Source: Octopus sinensis (taxonomy: Eukaryota). Taken from it: 64,000 bases of DNA. The DNA is taken from assembly GCF_006345805.1 (NCBI RefSeq), contig NC_043005.1, forward strand, positions 76,446,001 through 76,510,000. The letters run 5' to 3'. The notes under the pieces are model-generated. The model was not told the DNA's origin and did not search any database. It saw only the letters and a program-made list of their open reading frames with translations. How positions within the stretch are numbered: position 1 is the first letter of the stretch; the number at the start of each line of letters is the position of its first letter. Shown here piece by piece: positions 24,704 to 38,860 of the stretch. A program made the position numbers and the translations under genes.

Positions 24704-25452
24704 GTTTATCTTCTTAGTTATGGACATTAAATTTGTTAAAACCTCATTACATCAAACATTATTTTACTCTTTTATATATTATAATATATATATGTTACAC
24801 ACACACACACGCACACATACACATGTATGTATGTATGCATGTATGTATGTATGTATGTATGTATGTATGTATGTATGTATATGTGTGTGTGTGTAACGGA
24901 GATATGCTTGCATCGCAAGGTTTTTGATCTGAGACAGCATACTGAAACTAAAGTGATTGTAGCGTGGAAGATATAAGTTAATCATTTCGAAACACAAAGA
25001 GCCACTTCACTTAAACATTCATTTATATAGTATGGTGTCATATTTTTCGTTCCTCGAAACTAAGAGGAAAATTTTGACACCATATTGCAGATAAATGTTT
25101 AAACGAAGTTAACAGACTTTGTGTGCTTCTGAATAGCTAACTTCATGGATGCATATACATTGAGAGATTACAAAAGCGAAGAAAAAAAGGAAATATCAAA
25201 TATATCGCTCATAAATTTATCTGATGTGCATCAGGGCAAAATCTAGTCTGGTGATGGCGTAATCTTCCGCTTTGTTTCAAGATATTTAAACAGGTACGGG
25301 TAGCCGTTCCATATTCCATTATTGCTCTGTAAATAGTTTCCAAGGTTCTTATTTTATTTATCCTTTTCTTTCATTTTACTCAGCAGTTCATACATAATCT
25401 ATTTATTAAATAATTGGAAGAGGCAACTAAATTCATTAGTATAACGTCAGAA

Positions 25453-25613
25453 TTACATCGACCCACAATGCTTAATTGGTACTTAAATCACTGAACCCGA
25501 AAAGAGGAAAAGCAAAGTTGACCTCGGTGGAATTTGAACTCAAAACCTAGATACAGGCAAAGTGCCGTTAAGTGTTTTGTATAGTATAGTAGCTCTTTTG
25601 CTCGCTCGCCGCC
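25453..25613 (-). mobile_element. SINE family D, degenerate
   Basis: Reverse complement GGCGGCGAG head and GAGTTCAAATTCCACCGAGGTCAAC block. Confidence 0.7.
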
Positions 25614-27752
<2,139 letters not shown>

Positions 27753-27786
<34 letters not shown>

Positions 27787-27797
27787 TAATAATAATA

Positions 27798-27833
<36 letters not shown>

Positions 27834-27846
27834 TGATAATAATTAC

Positions 27847-27886
<40 letters not shown>
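27753..27886. repeat. (TAA)n tract at the 3' end of the R4/Dong element
   Basis: Direct repeats. Confidence 0.95.
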
Positions 27887-28141
27887 TTGATGATAAAAAT
27901 GAAATAATTTTATTGCTGATCAACATACACTGCTAGTATTTTCAAATTAAAAACTTAAAATAAATATATCAGTGAATAAACTCAATTTGTAGAAATAAGT
28001 CGGTTAATCAATAGGCAAATTAATGAACTAATTAGTAAAGAAATAACAAATTCATTAATTAAAGTGGGGTGAGAAAAATTACAAGATTAGAATGAAAAAT
28101 TACAATGATTAGAATGGAATCGCAATGTGGACTTTACTCAC

Positions 28142-28191
28142 CATGTTACATGGCTTGTTGCAGAATCAGCAAAATAACTCGTCGTCAAAAA
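28142..28191 (-). other. Candidate 50-nt exon on the minus strand
   Basis: Acceptor GTTTACTTTCCAG, donor ATG|GTGAGT; phase-0 frame open (FLTTSYFADSATSHVT). Confidence 0.25.
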
Positions 28192-28309
28192 CTGGAAAGT
28201 AAACTATTTTATTTGCGAAATTAAAGCATATAATAATTGTAGAGGAAGAGACAATTGAAAAAGATCTAAAACACAAACACACACACACACACACATACAC
28301 ACACACACG

Positions 28310-28362
<53 letters not shown>

Positions 28363-28370
<8 letters not shown>

Positions 28371-28598
28371 TTAGAGACAAAACCACTATTTTGCAAAACA
28401 AACAAGGAAAGACTTAATCAATACATAAAATTTTAATAAAAAGTAAAAAAACCGCCACTACAATTGTTTCATGTCTTGATAGACAATCTTCAGGTGGATT
28501 TCCGATTTTCAAGTCAGTTTCAATTACTATAAAATTGGATTTAATCCTAAATCTGATTTTTTCCCTGTAAATTTGGATTTATTCCCTAATATTTATTA
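28363..28598 (-). mobile_element. Short Penelope-type (pLTR-like) repeat inserted in (TA)n
   Basis: (TA)n on both sides, carries a hammerhead motif, related copy in opposite orientation at about 62895-63098. Confidence 0.65.
28455..28497 (-). ncRNA. Minimal type-I hammerhead ribozyme
   Basis: Minus strand CCAC-CTGAAGA-T-TGTC-TATCAA-GACA-T-GAAA-CAATTG-TA^GTGG: complete core, stems I and II paired, palindromic stem III, GUA cleavage triplet. Confidence 0.8.
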
Positions 28599-28773
28599 TA
28601 TATATATATATATATATATTCGATCTCATGGTTTGTTTACATCTGATATCTCTGTATCGATAGGCAACTAAAAACGGCTTCAAAGATATTCCTTCATTAC
28701 CACTAAATAGATTATTTTTACGTTTTGCTTTTTGCTCTTACCACAAAGCTGAAGTAATATTTTACTGACAAAA

Positions 28774-29375
28774 GGCGGAGAGCTGGCAGAAACGTTAGCA
28801 CGCCGGGCAAAATGCTTTCGTCTGTCTTTACGTTCTGGGTTCAAATTCCACCGAGGTCATCTTTGCCTTTTATCCTTTCGGGGTCGATAAATTAAGTACC
28901 AGTTACGCACTGGGGTCGATATAATCGACTTAATCTGTTTGTTTTTCCTTGTTTGTCCCCTCTGTGTTTAGCCACTTGTGGGTAGTAAAGAAATAAGAAA
29001 CGTTAGCACGCCGGGCGAAATGCTTTCGTCTGCCGCTACGTTCTGAGTTCAAATTCCACCGAGGTCGACTTCGTATTTCATCCTTTCGGGGTTGATTAAA
29101 TAAGTACCAGTTACGCACTGGGGTCGATATAATCGACTTAATCCGTTTGTCTGTCCTTGTTTGTCCCCTCTGTGCTTAGCCCCTTGTGGGTAGTAAAGAA
29201 ATAGAAGTAGATATTTCTCTGACTTTACGTTCTGAGTTCAAATTCCACCGAGGTCATTTTTGCCTGTTATCCTTTCGGGGTCGATAAATTAAGTACCAGT
29301 TGCGTACTGTGGTCGATCTAATCGACTGGACCCCTCCTCCCAAATTTCTTGCCATGTGCCTTGACTAGAAAATAA
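28774..29375 (+). mobile_element. SINE family D tandem array (about 2.5 units)
   Basis: Three GAGGTC...ATCCTTTCGGGGT.GAT.AA.TAAGTACCAG blocks. Confidence 0.9.
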
Positions 29376-30124
29376 TAGATAAAAAGCTGGCAAATGATTC
29401 TCTACTTGGCTGCTCTGTCTTCTGGAGCCCTAATTTACTGCACTATCTAAGAAATACAGTAAAGTGATGCGTCTAAAATAACAGAATAATCACAGATGAA
29501 ATTCTGTTTATGTGAACACACGCAAATTTGTAGACAACTGACTCTTGTCGGTGAAAACATTAAAGGCATCAGACAATGAAATGCATTATAGATATAACAT
29601 TCATCCTTGTAATATGAATACTACTAGAACCAACTCTACAATTTTCATTGGTTGTAAAACAGATAAAGTAAGAATTAGTAAAGTATAGGGATCAATTCTA
29701 TTGACTCCACCCTTAAGTATTATTCTACGTCCCTAAATGTCGCTAGATGTCCCTGGATGTCCTTAGAAGAAATCAATGTATACGTGTACCATCTCTACAA
29801 GTAAATATATCTTTGGGCCAACATTGTCTTTTTATCTATGTAATCGATAACACAAGTAGAAGTAAATATACTGGAATAGATTCGATCGATTATCCACACT
29901 CCTCAGTGAAACTATATCCCTTCCTTTCCACCCACGCTGTCTCACTCTTTCTCTTTCTCATTCCAATCAATATATACATTATCTACATAATCGATATATA
30001 TATAATCAATTGCTTATTTAATCGTAACACGCAGATACATAAACGCACATACACTTAAGCACCCCTATGTATGTATATACTTGCATATACATACATAAAT
30101 ATACATATGTATTCATACATTATG

Positions 30125-30192
<68 letters not shown>

Positions 30193-30518
30193 ATATATAT
30201 ATACCAGTCAACAAACGAACGGACGCAGCCCTCAATACATAATTGGTGTTGAATTCATTGAGTAACATGTTGACTCAGCCCTTTATGATGCTTTATAGTT
30301 TGTGGATGCAAAAAAAAAACCGACATGACCAACTGTCTGAGGAGGGGATCGTGTGTTATTGATGTCCAGGAGACTTTTAGTACCAGGAGTTCAGTTAAGC
30401 TGTTACTCAATACGTGTATCCGCGTGCGCTCGCGTATAACAGCTTAGCTTCAAAGTTGTTTTAGACGCAGAAACTCTGTAACTGACTTTTTAAGCTTTGT
30501 GTGTGTGTGTGTGTGTGT

Positions 30519-31130
30519 GCAGGTGAGGTAGTATCGTAAAAAGTTTGTTTCCCAACCACATGGTTCTAGCTTCAGTCCCACCGCGTGACATCAACTGGTA
30601 TCTTCTACTATAGCCTCGGGCCGAACAAGCATTGCAAGTGGATTTGCTGGTGGAGGCAAATGGCCTTGTGGTTAGAGCAGCGCACTCGCGGTCGAGGGAT
30701 TAACGGTTCGAATCTCAGACCGGGCGATGTGTGTGTTTATGAACAAAACACCTAAGCTCCACGCGGCTCAGGCAGAAGGTAATGGCGAACTTCTGCTGAC
30801 TCTTTCGCCACAACTTTCTCTCACTCTTTCCTCCTGCATCTTGCAGCTCACCTGCGACGGACTGGCGTCCTGTCCAGGTCGGGAAACTATATGCCAAGGA
30901 AACCGGGAAACCAGCCCTTATGAGCCAGGCATGGCCCGAGAAGGAACAAACAAGTGAATTTGCTGGATGGAAATTAAAAGAAATCCGAGATGAAGACGCC
31001 ATTGTAAAACCAATAAATAGGTATCAATCTTAAGAAAAGTAAGAAGTACTGGGGAGATTTTTAGACGGAGATCTTTAAGTCGATGCCCTAGCATGGCTGC
31101 AGTTCAACGACTGAAAGAAGTAAATGATAA
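30519..31130 (+). mobile_element. Degenerate SINE family A split by a family C insertion
   Basis: 5' half 30519-30650; 3' remainder 30967-31130 ending CATGGCTGCAGT...GACTGAAAGAAGTAAA. Confidence 0.7.
30651..30951 (+). mobile_element. SINE family C nested in family A, 15-bp TSD
   Basis: AAGTGGATTTGCTGG (30636-30650) and AAGTGAATTTGCTGG (30952-30966); tRNA-like head with GGTTCGAATC. Confidence 0.9.
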
Positions 31131-31693
31131 AGTATTTGAATTATCCATACAACCTCTTATTTATACAACTATGGCTCAAGAATTGCCCCATTACGATTCA
31201 TGTGTTATCCATTCATGATTTATGCATCATCCACTGTAGTCCATTAATTATCTATCATGTTCTATGTATTATTCACCACTAGCCAAAATTTACTTGCCAC
31301 GATCCATGAATCTTCCATTGATGATCTATGGATAATCCATACTAATCCATGACGCATCCATAACCAGCCATGAATTATCTCTCCATATTGTCTAAGCTAT
31401 CGATGATGACTCGTTTGATAATCGCTCATAATTTATATCTTACAGAACCATCAATTTCTCGACAAAGTCACACACATTTATCAGGGAATACAAAGCGATT
31501 CTGTGACCTTGCTTGTATTAAATAATATGAACAGAGTACTTGACTGTCTTCTTATCTCCAAACGAGAAACCCGTCCTCTTCCTTAAGGGCACATTAATTT
31601 TGGAGAATTATTGATTCTTGAGATTATCTCCCCTCCTCCAGTGGAGTGGAGCTGCTCTTAATTACAGTTTGGTAATTGTAGCACATCCTTGTA

Positions 31694-31846
31694 GCAAGAT
31701 GCAGAGGAAAGAACGAGATAAAGTTGTGGCGAAAGAGTCAGCAGAATTTCGCCATTACCTTCTGCAGGAGCCGCGTGGAGCTTAGGTGTTTTGCTCATAA
31801 ACACACTCATCGTTCGGTCTGAGATTCGAACCGGTGGTCCCTCGAC
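31694..31846 (-). mobile_element. SINE family C fragment
   Basis: Matches the body of 16728-17033. Confidence 0.8.
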
Positions 31847-32836
31847 CCTCGATCACTAGAAACGGACATAATTTTAGTAAATCGAGAAGTTTTATGCTAA
31901 TAACTCAAGAATTTTTTGTTTATTATTTGACATACTTGTATTTTCTATGTTATTTGTATTTATTAGCTTTGCATTGCTAATATCAAAATGGTAGTCGTAA
32001 ATAACTACTTTCAGCAACAATAAGCTTATACAACTAAATAACGTTTGTTCAGGTCATGTGCTCCGTGTTTTATCCTCCTTCATACCTAGGTTACGATAGG
32101 TGTACTAAGACCATAATCCATTTAAAGTAGTTCTCTTCGAACTAAAAATTCAATAGAAATAAAATATTTTCTTTTACAAATTAAATATTTAACGAATAAA
32201 TAAATAAATGTAATAGAAAATAAATTCAATCATTTAATAACAGGAACACATTATCTGAAAAACTGTCTGAAATATACTTGATTTTGAAATCTGCTACGAA
32301 AGCATTTTATTTCCCAGACGAGTAACAATAGTTTTATTGATTAAAGTAAAAACATGTAAGTTTGCCACGACTACAACTGAAGACATGCTTCGATTTTCAT
32401 CATAACGAGAGTTTCTAATAAAAGAATATTTAATCAAATGAAAAGTACTGGACGGAAAAATAATACAATATATGAAAAAGGAAAAAACAGTCGCTCAGTT
32501 TGACTGCGGTCGTTGAATTACCAGCTGTGCACATCCTGCAATGTTTTTATTGATCAGAATAAATGTTAGGACAAAAAGTTAACTCAATGGGAGAGAATAG
32601 ACTTGAACAATGAAGAAAAATCAATCGATAGATATATACAGTAGGTCCTACGGTTTAAAAGTCATTTAAAGTTATAGAATTATGCTGTGAAATTTTCTCA
32701 CATATTAAATGAAATTAAAGCGAATGGCCAGAAAACGAAGATCAATTATCGGTACGTTTAGTGTTGTTTCGTCGGATTAAAACATATATAGAAAAGGAAT
32801 TAACAAAAACGTTTCACTCTCTTCTCTCTCTTTCTA

Positions 32837-32868
<32 letters not shown>

Positions 32869-33141
32869 ATGAGGACATGTCTGAAGGAAATTTGCGTTCG
32901 CGCACTACGAGCAGCTTTAAGCATTTTATATCCTAAATGGTTGTTCAGCACTATTTACATGCTATAAGAAGCATTCTTGGAGATATCCCTCAAAAGAATT
33001 AGTTGACATTTTCTCAAAGGTTTATGCGTGTACTACATCTATATGTACATATCTATATCTATAGGTATACATACATATAAACATACAACATACATACATT
33101 CATACATACATACCTACATACATACATACATAAATACATAC

Positions 33142-33210
<69 letters not shown>

Positions 33211-33311
33211 AAAAAGGAAGTTCGAAAATGCTGCTATATTATACAATTTTTAATTTTTATATATACATTATAACATGTTTCAGTTCTGAAATGAACCTTA
33301 TCAAAAAAAGT

Positions 33312-33390
<79 letters not shown>

Positions 33391-33393
<3 letters not shown>

Positions 33394-33580
33394 GGCAAAT
33401 TCACAAAAGACAAAAGACGAAGACAGATGGTGTAGACAAAAACAGATGTATTAGTTGTAACGCTCGGGAAGTGAAAAAGTTGTTATATTTCGAGCCTACG
33501 CTCTTTCACAGAAAGGAACACAGAATGAAACAAGGAGAGAAAATAAAGAATCTGTAGTGGTTAGCGATCTATCATGGTGA
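33391..33580. mobile_element. Penelope-type short repeat after (TA)n; relatives at about 42620-42760 and 59715-59890
   Basis: Shared TTTCGAGCCTACGCTCTT...CAGAAAGG motif (degenerate hammerhead core on the minus strand). Confidence 0.5.
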
Positions 33581-33645
33581 ATGTATACATATACATACGC
33601 ACACATGCACATACAGATGCATATGTACACACGCACACACACACA

Positions 33646-33679
<34 letters not shown>

Positions 33680-34100
33680 GACCTGACGAATAGCTAAAGG
33701 ATTACTACTTCCGAGGTTCTTCTAGCTATGAAACATAGGTAGCCTAGATTTTTATCTACTCCACTCCTTAAATTTGGAATTCTATCCGCATGCACAGCAA
33801 CACCAGCTGCATCCGTGAACCATGAAACATTTTTTTGCAGCTTATCGAACTTCTATATGGGAAAAAATTTACAACCTTCTACGTCAATAAAACACTATCT
33901 TCCTGAAAGTTGTTTTTTATTCCTTCTGCGGACTGTTTGAAGCTTACTAAATTCCTACACCTTGATCCTGGTATCTTATCTTTACATGTTATTATATGTA
34001 CATATATATACACATACACACACACACATACATACATACATACCTGTATACATATATACATACATACATACATATATATATATATATATTTATTTATGTA

Positions 34101-34133
<33 letters not shown>

Positions 34134-34346
34134 GTTATTAATATTAGGTAAGTAATTTCCGAGTCCACAGGGGATAGAAATTCAATTTAGTGGTACTGAA
34201 ATGAATTTCTCGCTGTATTATATACATATAAATAGATAGGTTTAAGAGACAGAAGCACCTTCAAGCAACTCAAACAACATTGAACGACATTATCTATAAT
34301 AGAGATATATGAGATTAAATTTATATATATATATATATAATATATA

Positions 34347-34390
<44 letters not shown>

Positions 34391-34562
34391 CCACCTATGC
34401 ATATTCAAAATTGTATATATGTAATATATGTAATATGATTAGGTCGCTCGTGAGTGCTCCTAATAAAATATTAAACGACTGCAACGTGTTACGTGGTCGC
34501 GCTGTGACTGCAAAATCTTCTCCTCTCCCTACCGGGCTAACAACTTTCCTAATTAGGATAGC

Positions 34563-35012
34563 CTAGATAGGAAAGATGCAGGTCACCCAATATGACACGA
34601 ACGAAAAAGGATGTTTGGAACGAGCATAAAACCAAGTGTTATTTAGCATTGTTATGTGGGAACATAGAAATGCTAGAGTTTGTGACCGAGCATGCAGTAT
34701 CGCCATTGAAAGCGATAGATCTCCAGCTCCAACAGAACAATCGTCGTAGGAATGTCCCCAAATCAAACCCTTGTTGTTTTGCTGATAGGCCTGCTTAGTT
34801 AAGAGAAGGGGTACGATCTCTAACATATAAACCTGTGATTCATACTTCCGTCTCTTGTAATGAATGTCTGTAGTGAGGAAGTGTTGCCTACAATCAAAGG
34901 AAAAATTAATCGCGCATAATATAGCAAAATGAAAGGATTGAAAACAGAGTGCGTAATACAGAAGTGATCTTACAATGTCTGTTGGGAGATTATATATTGA
35001 AAAGTCTGTCAT
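34563..35012 (-). other. 149-codon ORF in non-repetitive sequence; possible exon from the acceptor at 34887
   Basis: Longest non-microsatellite, non-TE ORF; strong acceptor TTTTTCCTTTGATTGTAG; no secure homology. Confidence 0.25.
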
Positions 35013-35340
35013 TTTAACTATAAAAAAATGACGTCTAGGGAACTCATCGAGCTATATTATGTACGTGCAGTTCGACTACCTTCACTCAAGCACAGCTGTC
35101 TTTCATGATTTAAAATGTTCACATCTGCTACTGTATTGAAAATCAATTTTGTTAGTGTGCACAAAGATATAGTTCGTGTTGATGTTCCTGATCCAATTTC
35201 GTTCTACGTTCGTCATCGTAAATCTAAACTAAGAGCTTATGGGGTCACCTAAGTGCCCATGAAAGAAAAGCTTTGTAAAGCTGATAAGATTAGTATCTGC
35301 AGCAAGGTGGTCAACATGTAAACGTGTATGGTTTATCATT

Positions 35341-35692
35341 TATCTTTTCCTTGTTTCAGTCATATGACTGCGGCCATGCTGGAGCACTACTTTGAAGGGT
35401 TTTAGCCGAACAAATCGACCACAAAACTTATTTCATACTTTTAATACCTAGTACTGCTATACCTAGTACTATAGCTAGTAAACGGGAACGTATACACACC
35501 AACACCGGTTGTCAAGCAGTGATGGGGGCAAATACAGACATAATGGCATGCACGCACACACACATACACACACACACACACATACACACACACAGACACA
35601 CACACACAGACACACACACACACACAACGAGCGTCTTTCGGTTTCCGTCTCCCAAATCCACTCAGAAGGCTTTGGTGGTCCGAGGATATAGA
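35341..35692 (-). mobile_element. SINE family A variant, degenerate
   Basis: TTTCAGTCAT.TGACTGCGGCCATGCTGGAGCAC tail block and CCAAATCCACTCA block. Confidence 0.8.
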
Positions 35693-35924
35693 AGACTCTG
35701 TATGTATGTATATTATATATATATATATATATAATATAAAGTAGAGATGTGTGTGTATTCGCTTTTCACGTGAAAACGACTTCAGCAATTGCTCCCATAC
35801 TTGTGGTGCATGAATAAATTGACCTCGGACATGTCAGGTACCTCATTTGATTTTTTATTGAAAGTAAAAAAATATATTGCTTTATATTTATGATTCACTT
35901 CTTTAAAAACGTTTCTCAATGTCA

Positions 35925-35951
35925 ACTTCCGGTATTGACGTAAAAATGGCG
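35925..35951 (+). promoter_or_regulatory. Clustered ETS (ACTTCCGGT), CRE-like (TGACGTA) and YY1 (AAAATGGCG) motifs; putative core promoter
   Basis: Three CpG-containing housekeeping-promoter motifs within 27 bp in CpG-poor sequence; E-box CACGTG near 35767. Confidence 0.45.
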
Positions 35952-36109
35952 ACGTCTCTCACTCTCTATTTTAATGTTCGCTGCTGGTAAACAACTATGA
36001 GAAATTACTGAAAGAAACACTTACTAAATATTCGGTACAAGATTTTAACGTGCTTTTATTTATACGATTTTACATTCCATGGTTATCTCATTCATTGTTT
36101 GTTTGCAAA

Positions 36110-36183
<74 letters not shown>

Positions 36184-36624
36184 TCTCTTCCTCCCTCTCT
36201 CACACACACAAACACACACACATACTCCAAATTTGATTTCGCTCTAAATTCACACACTTCGATTATTTCCGTAAAAAAAAAATTATTTTCTTTTTGCACG
36301 CCGTGTTCAGCTCTATGTATTTGTACTCAATCACCCACGCACACGTGTGTTTCTGCATGTACGTTTGTGTGCATTTATGTATGTGTGTGTGCGAGCGAGT
36401 GAAGGGGTGTGTTGTCATGTATACGTACATGTAGAAATACATATGCATATACCTTTTTTGTTTGTATGTGTGTACGTGTGTGAAAGAGAGAGCGATGTCT
36501 AAGTGGCACTCTCTGTCCCTCTCTCTCACACACGTCAATTTTATCTGATGATTGATACTGTATGTGTATAAGTGTGTGTATGTGTGTGCGTGTGTGCGTG
36601 CTTGCGTGCGTGCGTGCGTTCGAC

Positions 36625-37995
36625 GTTCCGCTATCGCCACACAAAAGCAAAGGAATTTTCTTTCTTGATGCTCCTTGTGGCACAGGTAAAACATTTGTAA
36701 CAACATTGCTTCTCTCCAAGGTAAGGCAACAAAAAAGAATCGTAGTTGATGTGCCAATGTCTGGATTTGCTGCCACCATTCTTCCAGGAGGACGAACACT
36801 CATTCTGCTTTTAAATTACTGCTAAACCTGGTCACAAATGACAGTTCAATTTGTAACATAAGCAAAGGTTCAGTTAAGCAGAAGTGTTGTGCCAATGCCA
36901 CCTGATCATTTGAGATGAATGCACCATGTCACATAGAGGTGCAATGGAAGCTTTCGATAAGACCTTACAGGACATCAGAGGCAACAATAAATCTATGGGG
37001 GAGTTACATTAATTTTATCAGGATACTTCAGACAGACATTACCAGTCTTTCTGAGATGAACAAGATCTGATGAAATAAAAGCATACATTAAGTCTTCACA
37101 CCTATGGAATAAAGTACTGAAATTCTCCTTCAAGACTAATGTGTGAGTTTAATTACATGGGAACTAATGTGCAGAACAGTTTTCAACCTGGCTCCTCCAA
37201 TTAGGAAATGAGAAAATACCATTTGATGAGAATGGTGATATCAGTTTGGCTCACGTTGCTATCATGGTAAACTCCCCAGCTTAATTGAAGAATGGGGTAT
37301 TTCCAGACTTAAGTAATAATTATAATTCACATAAATGATTTTGTGAAAGGGCAATTCTTGCTCTAAAAGATAGAGACAGTAGCAAGGAATTAAGCATGAA
37401 TTAATGAATAAGATTCCAACTGTCATGAAGAAGTACAACTCTCTTGAGTTAGTCCTTGATGAAAATCAAGGTGTCAATTACCCAACAGAGTTACTTAATT
37501 ATCTTGATCCACCGGGAATTCCTCCACATAAACTTTTTCTGAAGGTAGGAGTCCCAATAATGCTTCTAAGAAATTTAGATCCTCCTAAATTATACAATTG
37601 GACAAGGTAGATTGTGAATACATTATCACCTAATGGAACAAAAGCTACTATCATCACTGGATGTGCCTCTGTGGAATAGGTTTTCATTCAAGGAATCCCA
37701 AGCAAACCAGCGGGTCATTTGCGGTACAATTCCCAGTGCGACTTTGCTTTGCAATGTCTGTTAATAAAGCTCAAGGCCAGTCTTTGAAATCTACTGGCTT
37801 GCTTTGCTCATGGTCAACTTTATGTTAGTTGCTCCAGAGTAGGAGGTCTGCAAGACTTATTTGTCTATGCTCCAAACAGAAAACAAAGAATGTTGTTTAC
37901 CCAGAAGTTCTTACGTAGTTTCTTTCAACGTATGTTGTAGAATTTATCTCCTCTCATAAAAATGGTAAATTTTGTATTTTCGTTTATTATTATTA

Positions 37996-38035
<40 letters not shown>

Positions 38036-38050
38036 ATTATTCATTATTAC

Positions 38051-38108
<58 letters not shown>

Positions 38109-38286
38109 ATTATTATTATTATTATTATGAATTAAGAATTGATTTCCCAATTAAAGAACAAATTGTATCCCAATTAAAGAGTAAACTGAATTTAGAATAA
38201 CAAATTTCTATACAACATATTTTGCTTTTTCTTCCAATATATAGGGAAAAATTTCATTACAGGGCCACACCGGGTGCCTCTGCTAG
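36625..38286 (+). mobile_element. Decayed Helitron: PIF1-family helicase pseudogene (about 36625-37918) and 3' end
   Basis: FFLDAP.GTGKTF, SGFAATILPGGRT, DECTMSH, NYPTE.LN.LDPPGIPPHKL.LKVGVPIMLLRNLDPP, QFPVRLCFAMSVNKAQGQSL, HGQLYV.CSRVG, NVVYPEVL; terminal CTAG at 38283-38286. Confidence 0.95.
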
Positions 38287-38287
38287 A

Positions 38288-38319
<32 letters not shown>

Positions 38320-38322
<3 letters not shown>

Positions 38323-38700
38323 GCACTCCATCGGTTACGACGACGAGGGTTCCGGTTGATCCGAATCAACGGAACAGCCTGCTCGTGAAATTAACGTGTA
38401 AGTGGCTGAGCACTCCACAGACACGTGTACCCTTAACGTAGTTCTCGGGGATATTCAGCGTGACACAGAGAGGGACAAGGCCGGCCCTTTGAAATACAGG
38501 TACAACAGAAACAGGAAGTAAGAGTGAGAGAAAGTTGTGGTGAAAGAGCACAGCAGGGATCACCACCATCCCCTGCCGGAGCCTCGTGGAGCTTTAGGTG
38601 TTTTCGCTCAATAAACACTCACAACGCCCGGTCTGGGAATCGAAACCGCGATCCTACGACCGCGAGTCCGCTGCCTAACCACTGGGCCATTACGCCTCCA
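38320..38700 (-). mobile_element. SINE family B, full length
   Basis: Minus strand GGAGGCGTAATGGCCCAGTGGTTAGGCAGCGGACTCGCGGTCGTAGGATCGCGGTTTCGATTCC tRNA-like head. Confidence 0.92.
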
Positions 38701-38751
38701 CCACACACAACACACACACCACACACACACACCACACACACACACACACAC

Positions 38752-38791
<40 letters not shown>

Positions 38792-38860
38792 GATCCCGGG
38801 TTGAGTCGGGCGGGTACCACCACAGTAATAAGGTACTCAATACATAGCAGAGTAAATTAA

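Noticed and set aside
31170-31400. ATCCATGA-rich segment
   Set aside because: Decayed low-complexity minisatellite without a definable unit or coding signal
34592-34798. Ankyrin-like phrase YLALLCGNIEMLEFVTEH in a plus-strand ORF
   Set aside because: Single partial match lacking the TPLH motif, no good splice sites, and antisense to a longer ORF
38630-38700. tRNA-like sequences with A and B boxes (also near 30651, 16960 and 61630)
   Set aside because: These are SINE heads continuing into SINE bodies; no complete cloverleaf acceptor stem
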